Made by a program: the position numbers and the translations under genes. A stretch of DNA of 63,740 nt, counting the filler, from Octopus bimaculoides (taxonomy: Eukaryota), in NCBI RefSeq assembly GCF_001194135.2. It is 6 parts of 6 records of this genome, joined end to end, with 100 filler letters (N's around TTAATTAATTAA, not from the genome) between each part and the next. Parts side by side here need not be neighbours in the genome. Positions count along the whole stretch, not along the records: positions 1 to 21,850 come from NC_068984.1; 5 more parts are not named here. One strand, written 5' to 3'. The notes under the pieces are model-generated. The model ran no database searches and had not been told where the DNA came from. It saw only the letters and a list, made by a program, of their open reading frames with translations. Below, one piece after another: positions 1 through 11,502 of the stretch (positions within the stretch are counted from its first letter, which is position 1; each line of letters opens with the position of its first letter).

Positions 1-146
1 TTATTTTATTTTATTGCATATGTTGCTTATATTGCATGTATTGCATAACTGTATATGTGAGAAGGAATAAAAAATGTTCAATCACTGAAACGATTGTAAC
101 ATTGATACAAATTTCTCTTTTCCTCATTTAAATCATTATTATTATA

Positions 147-273
147 CAGGGTGTCCACAAATTCCGGGTACATGGGGATTAACACATACTTTAAGAAATT
201 ATTATTTCTTATATTTAATTGTTTATGTTATGATTTTATTTACTCCATGTACCCAAACCTTGTGGACACCCTG
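147..273. mobile_element. Tc1/mariner-type MITE (127 bp)
   Basis: TIRs CAGGGTGTCCACAA...GGGTACATGG (147) and CCATGTACCC...TTGTGGACACCCTG (273); TA on both sides (145-146, 274-275). Confidence 0.85.
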
Positions 274-286
274 TACATTCTGTGAA

Positions 287-498
287 GGTGGTGAGCTGAC
301 AGAAATGTTTAGCACACAGGGTAAAATGGTAAACACCATTTTGTTCATCTTTATGTCATGGGTTCAAATTCCACCAAGGTTAGCTATTCTTTTCATCCTT
401 TCAGGGTCAATTATGCAAGTACCAATTGAGCACTGGAGTTGATGCAATTATCTTAGCCCCTCTCCTGTAATTGCTGGCCTTGTGCCAAAAACTGAATC
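287..498 (+). mobile_element. SINE family C (tRNA head + Meta-like domain), old copy
   Basis: Degenerate match to intact in-window copies (44571, 61353): GGTTCAAATTCC B-box and CTTTCATCCTTTCAGGGTC...AAGTACCA domain. Confidence 0.55.
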
Positions 499-1128
499 TG
501 TTATTATACACTGAGAAGCATATGTTATACTTAATGGATTACACTTTGAATTTGCCAAGTGTTCACCTTTCTAATCGACTGGATTTTAATTGATGTTTAT
601 TCAGTTAATGGAGTACTTACTATGCTAGCCAAGTTCTTACATGAAATGCTGACGAGGTGATAAGCCTGGATTATAATTATCTGCTCAAATTTTGTGTGTA
701 TGTGTGTTAAATAGAAACTTTGCAACAGTATGGCTTCATTAGAAAAAGGCATTTGATTTTGTTCTTCACCCATGATTGCTGGAAATTGGAATTTAGTAAA
801 AGCATAGGCTGCCCTTTTTACTACCACCGAAAGGCTTATGAAGACCTCTTCGTATATTTTAGCACCATCTGCAGTGAATATTGTTTACATGCTAGGGTCG
901 GCAGCACCAAGGAACACAGATGGAACTCACCCCCATAACTTCTTCTTTGATGATCTTAAGTTTTGCATTGGAAATATCTATAATGTTGCAAAACTGCTGG
1001 AATTACTAACAACATTATAATCTGATTTAGAGATTAAATATGGCCAAAAAGTATGTTTATGCATGATAAACTGGGCGTGTGAAAACTGCTTTCCAAGCCA
1101 AAAACATTAATTATTAATGGTCACTCTA

Positions 1129-1340
1129 AGGTGGCAAGCTGTCAGAATCATTAGCCAGCTGGACAAAATGCTTAGCACCATTTCATCTGTCTTTATGCTC
1201 TGAGTCCATACTCTGTTGAGATAGATTTTGCCTTTTGTCCTTTTGGAATTGACAAAATAAGTACCAATTGAACACTGGGGTCAATGTAATCAACTTATCC
1301 CCTCCCCCAGAATTGCTGGCCTTGATCCAAAATTCAAAAT
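1129..1340 (+). mobile_element. SINE family C, old copy
   Basis: Degenerate match to family C head, domain and tail (GGCCTTG...). Confidence 0.55.
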
Positions 1341-1534
1341 TTTTTTTTATTTTGCTAAAGAATGATTATGTGTTCAAAAACATTGGATTTCTCACTCCTT
1401 ATATCAAATTAACTCATTGTAATTTATTTTCATCTTTGAACTTTCTTTTTGCTTTAACTTTTGCTTATACAGACCACTACTAATTCTGTGGGTCATCTTA
1501 CCTTATAATAACTCTGTACAACCCATACATTCAA

Positions 1535-1950
1535 CTCTTTTACTCTTTTACTTGTTTCAGTCATTTGACTGCGGCCATGCTGGAGCACCGCCTTTAGTCG
1601 AACAAGTCGACCCCAGAGCTTATTCTTTGTAAGCCTAGTACTTATTCTATTGGTCTCTTTTGCCGAACCGCTAAGTTACAGGGACGTAAACACACCAGCA
1701 TCGGTTGTCAAGCGATGTTGGGGGGGGGGGACAAACACAGACACACAAACATATACACACACACACATATATATATACATATATACGACGGGCTTCTTTC
1801 AGTTTCCGTCTACCAAATCCACTCACAAGGCTTTGGTCAGCCCGAGGCTATAGTAGAAGACACCAACCCAAGGTGCCACGCAGTGAGACTGAACCCGGAA
1901 CCATGTGGTTGGTAAGCAAGCTACTTACCACACAGCCACTCCTACGCCTA
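1535..1950 (-). mobile_element. SINE family B, full length (tRNA-like head, CORE-like segment, internal microsatellite, ...GACTGAAACAAGTAAAAGAG tail)
   Basis: On -: A-box-like TGGCTGTGTGG, B-box-like GGTTCAGTC, then GGCACCTTGGG...CTATAGCCTCGGGC resembling the MIR/CORE motif; near-identical copies at 29036 and 45483. Confidence 0.9.
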
Positions 1951-2169
1951 TGAACAAAACTATTTTTGAAAGACTGAGCTACGGTTGAAGATAGAATACA
2001 CATATTTTCAAATAAACTGTGAATGCAGCCACAAAAATATTTGAAAGAGACTGAACAGTGAATGACTGGATGAGAATCGAAAACTGTGTCTCTACATTGG
2101 TATTCTCAATCGTTTCAATCTCAATGAATGATAATTCGAAAGGGGTGTACAGTTCATGTGAGACAGGTT

Positions 2170-2640
2170 GTTGTTATATATAACTTCAACTTCAATGGAG
2201 TAGGCCTATGATCTAAAGCGGGGGTTTTCAAACTTTTTGACTTGCGGACCCCTTTATATTTCAGGCTTTACCTTATAAACGCTTATGAAATTTATACATA
2301 AATATTTGCTTAAAATAACATATTTTTACATTTATTTATTTAACAGTATTTAACAAATGGGTTTATTGTCTATTAAAAGATTTCGATTAAAAAACATATA
2401 AAATCAAATTGCCCATAAAAAGTATTTGCTGTCCATGGGCCCCCTGTCATATCCTTGCGGACAACAGTTTGAAAACCCCTGATCTAAAGCATCCCGATCA
2501 GGGTCATCCTATCCTTTTTAAGGATATATAGGGCTATATTATCTAACAGGCTCTTCCCTTTATGGTGTGATTCAAAGGAGATTTAGCTGCTACTTCAAGC
2601 AAGTCAAATGACCACTTGGATGCTCCCTCATTGGCTTATG
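2170..2640. mobile_element. Degenerate SINE-like family E, interrupted by a hAT MITE
   Basis: Related decayed segments at ~6070-6170 (reverse), 12260-12426 and 40290-40380; identity about two-thirds by eye. Confidence 0.3.
2219..2481. mobile_element. hAT (Charlie-like) MITE, 263 bp
   Basis: 16-bp TIRs C(G/A)GGGGTTTTCAAACT (15/16); perfect 8-bp TSD ATCTAAAG at 2211-2218 and 2482-2489. Confidence 0.9.
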
Positions 2641-3464
2641 TGAGAAAAGGTGTACATCTAGATAGTATAAACTGTGAAGCTATAAGCTAGATTAAGTAAA
2701 TGGCAGCTGTTACTACTCTGAAGTTACCATTGAAATCATATATTAGTGAGGAACATGTCTCGCAGTTGAGCTTAATTAAATAATGTTCGAAAATCTACTT
2801 AGCCATCAGTCTTCCACTTGCTTGGTTATCAGTAATTATCTTCATAGCCCACATTGAGTGTTTCTCAGGATATTTTCTATGAGTAAAGACATGTTAAAAC
2901 AAGACACCTGCCTTTGCTTTAATTATCTATGACTGTCAGATAACCGAATGCCAGAAACTTCTAGTAATGTATCATTCGAGTCATTATGTTACAAATGATG
3001 ATATTGTTACAGACATAGCCGCAACAACCAGGGCGAGTTCAGCTTCTCCATAAATCAGTCAAACTGCTAATTATGAGTTCAAACATTTCTTGTGACTCAT
3101 ATCTTTCTTCAACAGTCTTGAATGCTAGGAAGACATATTTCAAGTTCTAATCATCCCAATGACAACTAAAAGTTTAACTAAATAAGTAAAAGACTTGTTT
3201 GCTTGTTTGCCATTAAACGTACTGTAAAGAAAGAGATGAAGAAGTGGAAAACTGGGATCGATCTTGACAAGACTTGAACTCATTCCTGTAAACTCCTCAA
3301 ATGTTCATCCTATATTATGAATGGCACTATTTGAAATACTAATTTCCTTCTCCTCGTACTCTGTAATCATATCCCCACTTCATATATTCACATGTGCCTT
3401 CTTCTTTGTCTCTTTATAGTTTACATCATCATAATTTTAATATCCATTTTTTCATTTTTGCATA

Positions 3465-3787
3465 GATCAGATGGAGTTTATTTGAGGCAGATTTTCTATG
3501 ATCAGGTGCCCTTCCTGTGGCCACCCTCCCCCACCCATCTGTTTCCAAACAAGGTAATATTTCTCCATGGTCAAATGTAATACAAAATATTGGAAATGAA
3601 TGACACTGCTTGCATGACTGATACTTATTTACAACTATTACATGGTAGACAAGGAAACACGAACATTCTCACACTCACAGAGATATGCATACATACATGC
3701 TACACACACACACACACATGATGGGCTTCTTTCAGTTTCTTTCTACCAAATCTACTTACAAGGCTTTGGTTTGCTTGGGGCTACATT
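3465..3787 (-). mobile_element. SINE family B variant with RTE-type tail, head truncated
   Basis: Reverse complement of the 6287-6738 architecture: B-head remnant 3719-3787, (CA)n, then tail with GGAAGGGCA motif. Confidence 0.6.
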
Positions 3788-3814
3788 CAGGTGATTAAGG
3801 AAAGCAAACTCTTG

Positions 3815-4136
3815 TAGTTGCAGCGCACGTGAAAAAACATTCGAGCAAGGTCTTTGCCAGTGCCGCTGGACTGGCTCCTGTGCAAGTGGCACGTAAAAAA
3901 CACCATTTGAGCGTGGCTGTTGCCAGTACCGCCTGACTGGCCCTCGTGCCGGTGGCACGTAAAAGCACCCACTACACTCTTGGGGTGGTTGGCGTTAGGA
4001 AGGGCATCCAGCTGTAGAAACTCTGCCAAATCAGATTGGAGCCTGGTGTAGCCTTCAGGTTCCACCAGTCGTCAGTCAAACCATCCAACCCATGCTAGCA
4101 TGGAAAGCAGACGTAAACGATGTTGATGATGATGAT
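3815..4136 (+). mobile_element. RTE LINE 3' UTR fragment (5'-truncated)
   Basis: GGTTGGCGTTAGGAAGGGCATCCAGCTGTAGAAA motif and (GAT)n tail; the same sequence is contiguous with RTE ORF2 C-terminal codons at 50455-51045. Confidence 0.75.
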
Positions 4137-4592
4137 TAATTGTATTTTAGACATTTTCATGATTGAGGTCAATAATTTATTAATGATTCCATGAAGGAAT
4201 TAATGACATAAGAAATTTGCTGACCCCCTCATGTAGAGACTTCTTCATTGGTCTATTGACTCAAGGACACATTCATCAGTAATGATGGACTCTTATCACA
4301 ACAAACAACTGATCCAGTTATTCAGTCAATGGAACTACTTACTAACTGCATCATGATGGAAGATGTTATATACTCCACAAACACTTGTTACTCTTAATGT
4401 AATCAGGCAGACTCAGTCTGTCCAATGGCTTTTTTGCCTCCACCCAGTTTCATTCACCAGTTTAGGTTATAACATGTGGTTATATGGTATCACATATGAG
4501 GTACATTACAGAGGTTTTGAAATTTTTTTTAGGAGAGGCAATTATAACTGTCCTAGGTTATTGTAATTTTAGTATATCACTATTATACATCC

Positions 4593-4980
4593 GTGGAGGC
4601 GCAATGGCCCAGCGGTTAGGGCAGCGGACTCGCGGTGATAGGATCGCGGTTTCAATTCCCAGACCAGGCGTTGTGAGCTTTTATTGAGTGAAAACACCTA
4701 AAACTCCACGAGGCTCTGGCAGGGGATGGTGGCGAACCCTGCTGTACTCTTCCACCACAACCTTCTCTCACTCTTACTTCCTGTTTCTGTTGTGCCTGTA
4801 ATTCAAAGGGCCAGCCTTGTCACACTGTGTCATGCTGAATATCCCCGAGAACTACGTTAAGGGTACACGTGTCTGTGGAGTGCTCAGCCACTTGCACGTT
4901 AATTTCATGAGCAGGCTGTTCCGTTGATCGGATCAACTGGAACCCTCGACGTCGTAAGCGATGGAGTGCCAACAACAACA
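4593..4980 (+). mobile_element. SINE family A (tRNA-Arg-like head, (CAA)n tail), full length
   Basis: A-box TGGCCCAGCGG, B-box GTTTCAATTCC, (ACA)n tail; 10-bp TSD ATTATACATC (4582-4591 / 4980-4989); sister copies at 61920 and 63136. Confidence 0.9.
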
Positions 4981-5632
4981 TTATACATCTAATAAGCTGA
5001 CCTGCCAATTTTTTTTATTTCAAACTGAAAGGAATAGCTGTAACAGCACTTTAGACACACCTTACCTAAACACTGCTTAACAGAGCTGACTAGTTTTCAT
5101 TCACACCAAGATTGATTTACAGGAATCACTTCATAATTAATTACACTTCTTTCTAATCTGAAGTTATCAAGATTTCACTCTGTTAAGGTCCCCGCTCCCA
5201 CCCTGACAGTCTAAAAGACTTTGCAAAAAGGTTGTGAGCACTTTCTGAGTCTGCCATAAAAAAAAATAAAATAGATAAGCCACAGTTTTATGGTCCCCTG
5301 ACACACTTATTGACATTCATATTTATCTGAAGATCTCTCTTCTTTTCTTATTTAATGTCTAATCTTATGCTTCTCAGACCCCCTTTTAAATATTACTCCT
5401 TTTCTTTTACTAACACTTTTGCAGTACCCCTTTACAACAATCCAATGTCCCCTCGTCCTCTTTTAATGTATCCATGCAGGAATATTAGACCAAAGTAATT
5501 CAGTTTCAGATATTAGTTTGATATGGGTGGCTATTGACCAGTGGCTATTGGCCACAGCATCATTTCTATGACAAAGTGAACATTTAGTGTATCATCACTT
5601 GACCTGAGTTATTGACCCAACCTTTAGCATAT

Positions 5633-5697
5633 GACATGGTATAAAGACAAGGAAACACAAACATTCACACACTCATAGACATATACATACATACATG

Positions 5698-5735
<38 letters not shown>

Positions 5736-5880
5736 AATGGGCTTCTTTCAGTTTCCTTCTACCAAATCTACTTACAAGTCTTTAGTTTGCTTGGGGCTAT
5801 AGCAGAAGGCACTTGTCCAAGGTGCCAAGCAGTGGGACTGAACTTGGAGCCAAATGGTTGGGAATCAAACTTCTTAAGCC
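5633..5880 (-). mobile_element. SINE family B head half, older subfamily
   Basis: Matches B head; shares diagnostic variants with 3640-3787. Confidence 0.7.
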
Positions 5881-6286
5881 TTTATGTATTATCCTTCCTA
5901 CCCACCTTCATATCACAATTATCCATAGTACTTATCTCTATTTTGCATACTGTTAAGTGGATGTGAGAATGTGAGGTCTTCCAGAATAGGATATAGTCAG
6001 ATAAAAGCAGCTTTACGTATGGGAGAATGGAAGAATTTGAACCTTACACTGCAAGCCAACATATCATTTATGAAGGAGCTTCTATGTGATCACTCAGCTT
6101 GCTAGATAATATTGCCCAATTTCCCAAGGATTATAACTTACTGTCTTAAACAAGGAAAGAGTACATTTGGTTATTAACAAATAGTTCTTCATGCCTCTAA
6201 AAGTCTATTTTGTCTTCTGCTGAATAAAAACGAGGGTAAACAATTTCCCTATGTTACGATGGTAGATTGGCTTTATCAATTTATGT

Positions 6287-6444
6287 TGGCTGTGTGTTTA
6301 GGAAGCTTGCTTCCCAACCATGTGGTCTTGGGTTCAGTTCAGTCCAACTGCACAGTACCTTGGGCAAGTATCTTTTGCTATAGCCCTGAGCTGACTAAAG
6401 CCTTGTGAGTGTATTTCGTAAATGGAAACTGAAAGAAGCCTGTC

Positions 6445-6484
<40 letters not shown>

Positions 6485-6738
6485 TGTGTACCATTGTCTA
6501 AGCATCATGTGATGGCTGTGAATGAGCATCATCATCATCATACATTTAAAATTAATTTATTTCCAGTCTTCTGTGCAAGACATGTCTAGCTGTGGGGAAA
6601 ATACTACCTTGCTTGGATACAGGCAAGGGCTGGTAACAGGAAGAGCAGCGAGCTGTAGAAAATCAGCTCCAATAAATGCTGTCGGACCCTTTCAAGCAGG
6701 AAAAAGTGGACATTAAATGATGATAATGATGATGATGA
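6287..6738 (+). mobile_element. SINE family B head + (TG)n + RTE-type tail ending (GAT)n
   Basis: B head (TGGCTGTGTG...GGTTCAG...CCTTGGGCAAGT), then GGTAACAGGAAGAGCAGCGAGCTGTAGAAAA and a GATGATGAT tail. Confidence 0.7.
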
Positions 6739-6824
6739 TTCATTTATCAATTTGAGAACAGCTACTTTATTAGGCTAGGCAGAGTGTCACAAAAAGGATT
6801 AAAAAAAAATTTTTTTTATAGTGT

Positions 6825-6996
6825 CAGCTCAGAGCTGCGGGCCATGCTGATGCACTACCGTTATCCACTCACAAGGCTTTGGTTGGCCTGAGGCTACAGT
6901 AGAAGACACTTGCCCAAGGTGCCACGTAGTGGGACTGAACCCAGAACCATGCGGTTCATAAGCAAGCTACTTACCACACAGCCATTCCTATGCCTA
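6825..6996 (-). mobile_element. SINE family B head with internal deletion
   Basis: High identity to 1800-1950. Confidence 0.75.
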
Positions 6997-7048
6997 TGGT
7001 TTCTTTGTTATTTCCAGGAATAATAAAAGATTATAATTACAGGGCATG

Positions 7049-7056
7049 ACTTACCT
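7049..7056 (-). other. Candidate 5' splice donor in the 3' UTR (AG|GTAAGT)
   Basis: Perfect consensus donor; the exon would end at 7055, 18 nt after the TGA of the 299-aa ORF. Confidence 0.5.
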
Positions 7057-7072
7057 TTTGAAATCTGTGTTC

Positions 7073-7972
7073 TCAATCCCCATTGTAAACAATATGTACA
7101 GCTATATCTGTTTGTAAGGGTTGGTCTGAGTATTCAATAAAGGGAGCAACTGGCTCCTCAGGTTCACTGTCCTCAACCCCAATAAGCCAGTTTATAATCC
7201 GTTCATCGGTATCATCCACATGATTACTATGTGGTTGGTTTTTTTTGTTCTCTGTTGTAACTTTCTTATTAATACTCTTCCCTGCTCTGTTAAAACTTCG
7301 AGCTAATGGTTTCGATGCAAACCCCCGGGCAGTGTTTGGTGTTTTCTTACTTTGTTTACTGGCTCCAGCATTTAGTAACTGCCTGGGGGAAGATAAACTT
7401 GTGATGTTAGACAGTCTGGGGGAATTCAGTCCAGAGCTGGGCTTGTTGGGCAAACCGTTATCTCTTAGGCTACACAATGAGTTGAAGCTTTTTATTGGAA
7501 CAATGCTATTTTCAGTCTGACTACTTCCAGATTCAGCAGTGACCTTACCTCTTGACCCCAATGTTTTTGTTGAAACACAAGCAGATCGTGGTGTCTTCAG
7601 CCTTGAAGTTGATGACATTGTAGGTGTACTGTAGCTATGAACCAACGTTGGTCTGTTGGTTGAACCATTATATAAACCCTTTTGTTTGCTTTGTGCTGAA
7701 GTTGGGACCAACTGTTGAGTTCTAGGGCTTCTGAAATCTCTTGCACTTGAGATGGTTTTGTCAACGGGTGGAGGAGTCTTTTTTCTACTGTCAGAAGGGA
7801 TTTGACTTAAAGGGGGATATTTACTCACATTTTTAGACCCCACATTTTTAGACACCACTTCTAATTTCCATGTGTTAAAATTCTGTGCCATATTTTTGGT
7901 CCGTGTTTCAATAAGAGGCCGTGAATTTTGTGGTGCATTTGAGAGAATCAGTGGTAAATCTACTGAGGTCAT
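7073..7972 (-). CDS. Uncharacterised 299-aa Ser/Thr/Lys/Pro-rich protein with acidic C-terminal motif (RIINWLIGVEDSEPEEP...QTDIAVHIVYNGD)
   Basis: Only long non-repeat, non-microsatellite ORF in the window; in-frame TAA at -6 of the ATG and A at -3 (TAA AGC ATG); balanced composition unlike its flanks. Family not recognised. Confidence 0.85.
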   Translation of the reverse strand: MTSVDLPLILSNAPQNSRPLIETRTKNMAQNFNTWKLEVVSKNVGSKNVSKYPPLSQIPSDSRKKTPPPVDKTISSARDFRSPRTQQLVPTSAQSKQKGLYNGSTNRPTLVHSYSTPTMSSTSRLKTPRSACVSTKTLGSRGKVTAESGSSQTENSIVPIKSFNSLCSLRDNGLPNKPSSGLNSPRLSNITSLSSPRQLLNAGASKQSKKTPNTARGFASKPLARSFNRAGKSINKKVTTENKKNQPHSNHVDDTDERIINWLIGVEDSEPEEPVAPFIEYSDQPLQTDIAVHIVYNGD

Positions 7973-8428
7973 GCTTTAGTCGTAGGACAAAAATGGTAAA
8001 ACAGCAAAATCTCCATCCATTGAGCAGGGCATCAGTGAGCAGCTGGCAAATTTCCAATCCAAAAGTAACTCTGTGCAAGAAAAAGTAAAACAATTCAAAT
8101 CTTTAATTTTTAATTTGAAGAATTCATTTCTACTCAAAGGAATGTATATAACCATGTAAATTACCCACTTGTCCACCTAACAGCCTATCTGTCTGTCTGT
8201 CAGTCAATCTAACTATCTACAGTTCAAATTTACAGAAAACAAAAGACAGACAGGTGTAGGAACAATAAGCAGCTGTATTAGTTTAAGGCTCAGGAAGAAT
8301 GGAAAATTCTTTTATGTTTCGAATCTATGTTCTTCGAAAGAAAGGCTTAAGAGAAAAAAAAGGAGAGAGGAAAAAATATGTGTAGGTATTAATGGTTCAA
8401 CATGATGAAATAACCAGAAGAAAGAGAT

Positions 8429-8502
8429 TATGTATGTATGTATGTATGTATGTATGTATGTATGTATGTATGTATGTAGGTAGGTAGGTAGGTATGTATG
8501 TA
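8429..8502. repeat. (TATG)n/(TAGG)n microsatellite
   Basis: Directly visible; one of dozens of (CA)n, (TA)n, (GATA)n, (ATT)n and (CAT)n tracts. Confidence 0.95.
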
Positions 8503-9171
8503 TTTCATGCTCCAACAAAGCTATAAGGTGATACACAGGCACTCAACAATGGAAAAGTCTTTTACAATTCGAGCCTATGCTCTCTGACAGAAAGGAATAA
8601 GAGAAAACAGAGATAGAATGAAAATTCGTGTGTGTGTGTGCGTACATGCATGCACATTTGTATGTACATACATTAACACACATGAAAGGTAACAACATAG
8701 TTTACATGATATCATAAAGATGTATATTCTACTTAAAAGCAAAAGGCACATTTCAAATTCAAGATATAAATCACAAATAAAAGGCTTTTGCAAATCGATT
8801 GCACAGGATACTTCTGATGAAGAAAGGTAGAAATGAGGTTTTATGAACAAAATAAGCAACAATATTTTAATAATTGTTGCCCAGTGGCTAATGTTTAAGG
8901 TATCAAGCAGAGTAAATTGAGAAAATTGCCTTGCTAATGTGACAGGAAACACAGTGTGTTTTAATCATAAAGGGATACAGTAAAGTCGTTTAAAGGAAGG
9001 TAATTGATATTGATTGGCCAAAAGCAAGCTGTGAGAAGCAGAGTGGGAGGTAAAAAGGTAAGCTATCACAACTGAGTTCCCTGAACACTGGTGAGACGAA
9101 ATTGTACCAATTCATATATGGTTGGATCTCCTAATCTCAACAAGAAGGAATGCACAAATATATAGATATAA

Positions 9172-9627
9172 CAATCGAAATCGAACCGAATCTGACGACT
9201 GGCACCCATGCCAACCTCTCCTTCATTGGACACTGAACTCTGCTTGCGAAGACCTGTTGGGGCAAGTGAAATCAAAATTGAACCATACTCGATGACTGGT
9301 CACCGCGCCAGTGGAGCACTAACAGCACTGTCGAGTGTGTTCATTGCCAAAGCAGCTGTCTGGCTTCCATGCTAGTGGCCCGTAAGTAGCACCATTTGAG
9401 CGTAATCATTACCAGCATTGCCTTCTAGCACTTGTGCTGGTAGCATATTAGAAAATCATTCAAGCGAGGTTGTTGCCAGTGCCGCTGGACTGGCTTCTGT
9501 GCAGGTAGCACATAAAATACACCATTTTGAGCATGGCCGTTGCCAGTACCGCCTGACTGGCCTTCGTGCTGGTGGCACGCAAAAGCACCCACTACACTCT
9601 CGGAGTGGTTGGCGTTAGGAAGGGCAT
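9172..9627 (+). mobile_element. RTE LINE 3' UTR fragment with tandem ~65-70 bp subrepeats, 3' end deleted
   Basis: Homologous to 3815-4136; ends at GGAAGGGCATC, fused to a SINE B. Confidence 0.7.
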
Positions 9628-9803
9628 CGCCTTTAGTCGAGCAAATCGCCCCCCAGGATTTATTTTTTGTAAGCCTAGTACTTATTCTATCGGCCTCTTT
9701 TTTGCCGAACTGCTAAGTTACGGGGACGTAAACACACCAGCATCGGTTGTCAAGCGATGTTGGGGGGATAAACACAGACACACAAACATATACATACACA
9801 TAC

Positions 9804-9852
<49 letters not shown>

Positions 9853-9985
9853 TACGAAGGGCTTCTTTCAGTTTCTGTCTACCAAATCCACTCACAAGGC
9901 TTTGGTTGGCCCAAGGCTATAGTAGAAGACACTTGCCCAAGGTGCCATGCAGTGGGACTGAACCCGGAACCATGTGGTTGGTACA
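9628..9985 (-). mobile_element. SINE family B, both ends truncated
   Basis: High identity to 1590-1915. Confidence 0.85.
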
Positions 9986-10471
9986 TATACCTATATAAAT
10001 ACACGTATACATACACATAAGCTGTGTGTGTGTGTGTGTGAATGAGTCGATATGTCACATGTCACCACTTCAGCAAAATGGTGATGGTGCTGATATTCCT
10101 TGTTGACACATAACTAATTGCTCCATGCTCTCAAAGACCTCTAAAATAAGAAAAGCCCTTACTTGATGAAAAGAAACAAAAAAAAAACAACAAAAAAAAA
10201 GTAACATAAATATTGGTGCCAAGAAGAGCTTCTGGCTAAAAATCTCTACCCCAAATAACTGCCCATTTTATCTAACTCATGCTGGCATGCAAAAAATACA
10301 CAGACATTATAAAGCAAATGAACATTGATCCTCCAATCTGAAATCATTCATAATTCAACACTTCCCCATATGGCCTACCCATCGTGTTTAATTGAATTAG
10401 CTGTTTTGGCAAAATACATTCACACACACACAGTTATACATACTTATACATAGACACTCTGCATACTCCAT

Positions 10472-10502
<31 letters not shown>

Positions 10503-10736
10503 TTCCTACATCCTTACACACTCCACTCACATGCTTGTGCACACACACATTAATGTATTCAACAAACACACAATCCTTATGCACATACACACTTTAAGTA
10601 CAATCACATAGATGTACACATATGCACTAGGACAATCCCACTCACACACACATGCATATACAAATACACATACAGATATACACACACATTCACTTGATTC
10701 TTTTATTGCACTCTTACATACAATCATTCTGAATTG

Positions 10737-10771
<35 letters not shown>

Positions 10772-11269
10772 ATGAACTTTGATATGCAGTTATGCATATC
10801 TACAAACACACACGTAATCACGAATAATAATAGTACAGAAACATGTAATTTGATCCACCATTGTTTCAACCGACGAGTATTCCAGTTGTTCAATCAATTG
10901 GACAACCTAATCATTATTCATTATACTTGATCCCTTAATGTAATTCTCAGTGAAAACAATAAACGGGAGGCAATATGTGTTCCTATGGACCAGCGCTGGA
11001 TTAACCATTAAGCAAAGTAAGAATGCTTAAGGCATCAAGGGAAGGGAGGCACCACAGAAATGGTAAATTGTTTATGGTGCAGAAGAAATCACTTTAAACT
11101 TGCTATAATAATAATAATATTCAAAATGATTCCTGTAAATCATCAGAAGTATAATTTCAAAATGTTCATAGTGAGACATTGCAATTAAAAAAACGTAGGA
11201 GAAAACATTTCAAATATAAATAAAATGGAAGTATTCAAGAATGAACATTATTTTCCATCTTTCTGTTAG

Positions 11270-11466
11270 TTTTACTTCTTTACTTGTTTCAGTCATTTGA
11301 TTGCAGCCATGCTGGAGTACCGCCTTTAGTCGAGCAAATCGACCCCCAGGACTTATTCTTTGTAAGCCTAGTACTTATTTTGCTGAACCACTAAGCATCA
11401 GTTGTCAATCGATGTTGGGGGTGGTGACAAACACAGACACACAAACATATACACACACACATATAT

Positions 11467-11502
<36 letters not shown>

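Noticed and set aside
640-690. Plus-strand hammerhead CTGACGA GG...CC
   Set aside because: No GAAA or helix III follows; likewise for CTGATGA at ~39223.
597-1020. Mariner transposase relic
   Set aside because: Only vague resemblance; no diagnostic motif or TIR found.
4593-4670. tRNA-Arg gene (also at 61920 and 63136)
   Set aside because: No proper acceptor stem; it continues into a ~310-bp shared body, (CAA)n tail and TSDs, so it is a SINE head.
7245-7520. 91-aa antisense ORF inside the 299-aa gene
   Set aside because: A shadow ORF of the coding strand with no independent support.
9290-9600. CRISPR-like array
   Set aside because: Units are contiguous degenerate tandem repeats without unique spacers, inside a eukaryotic LINE UTR.
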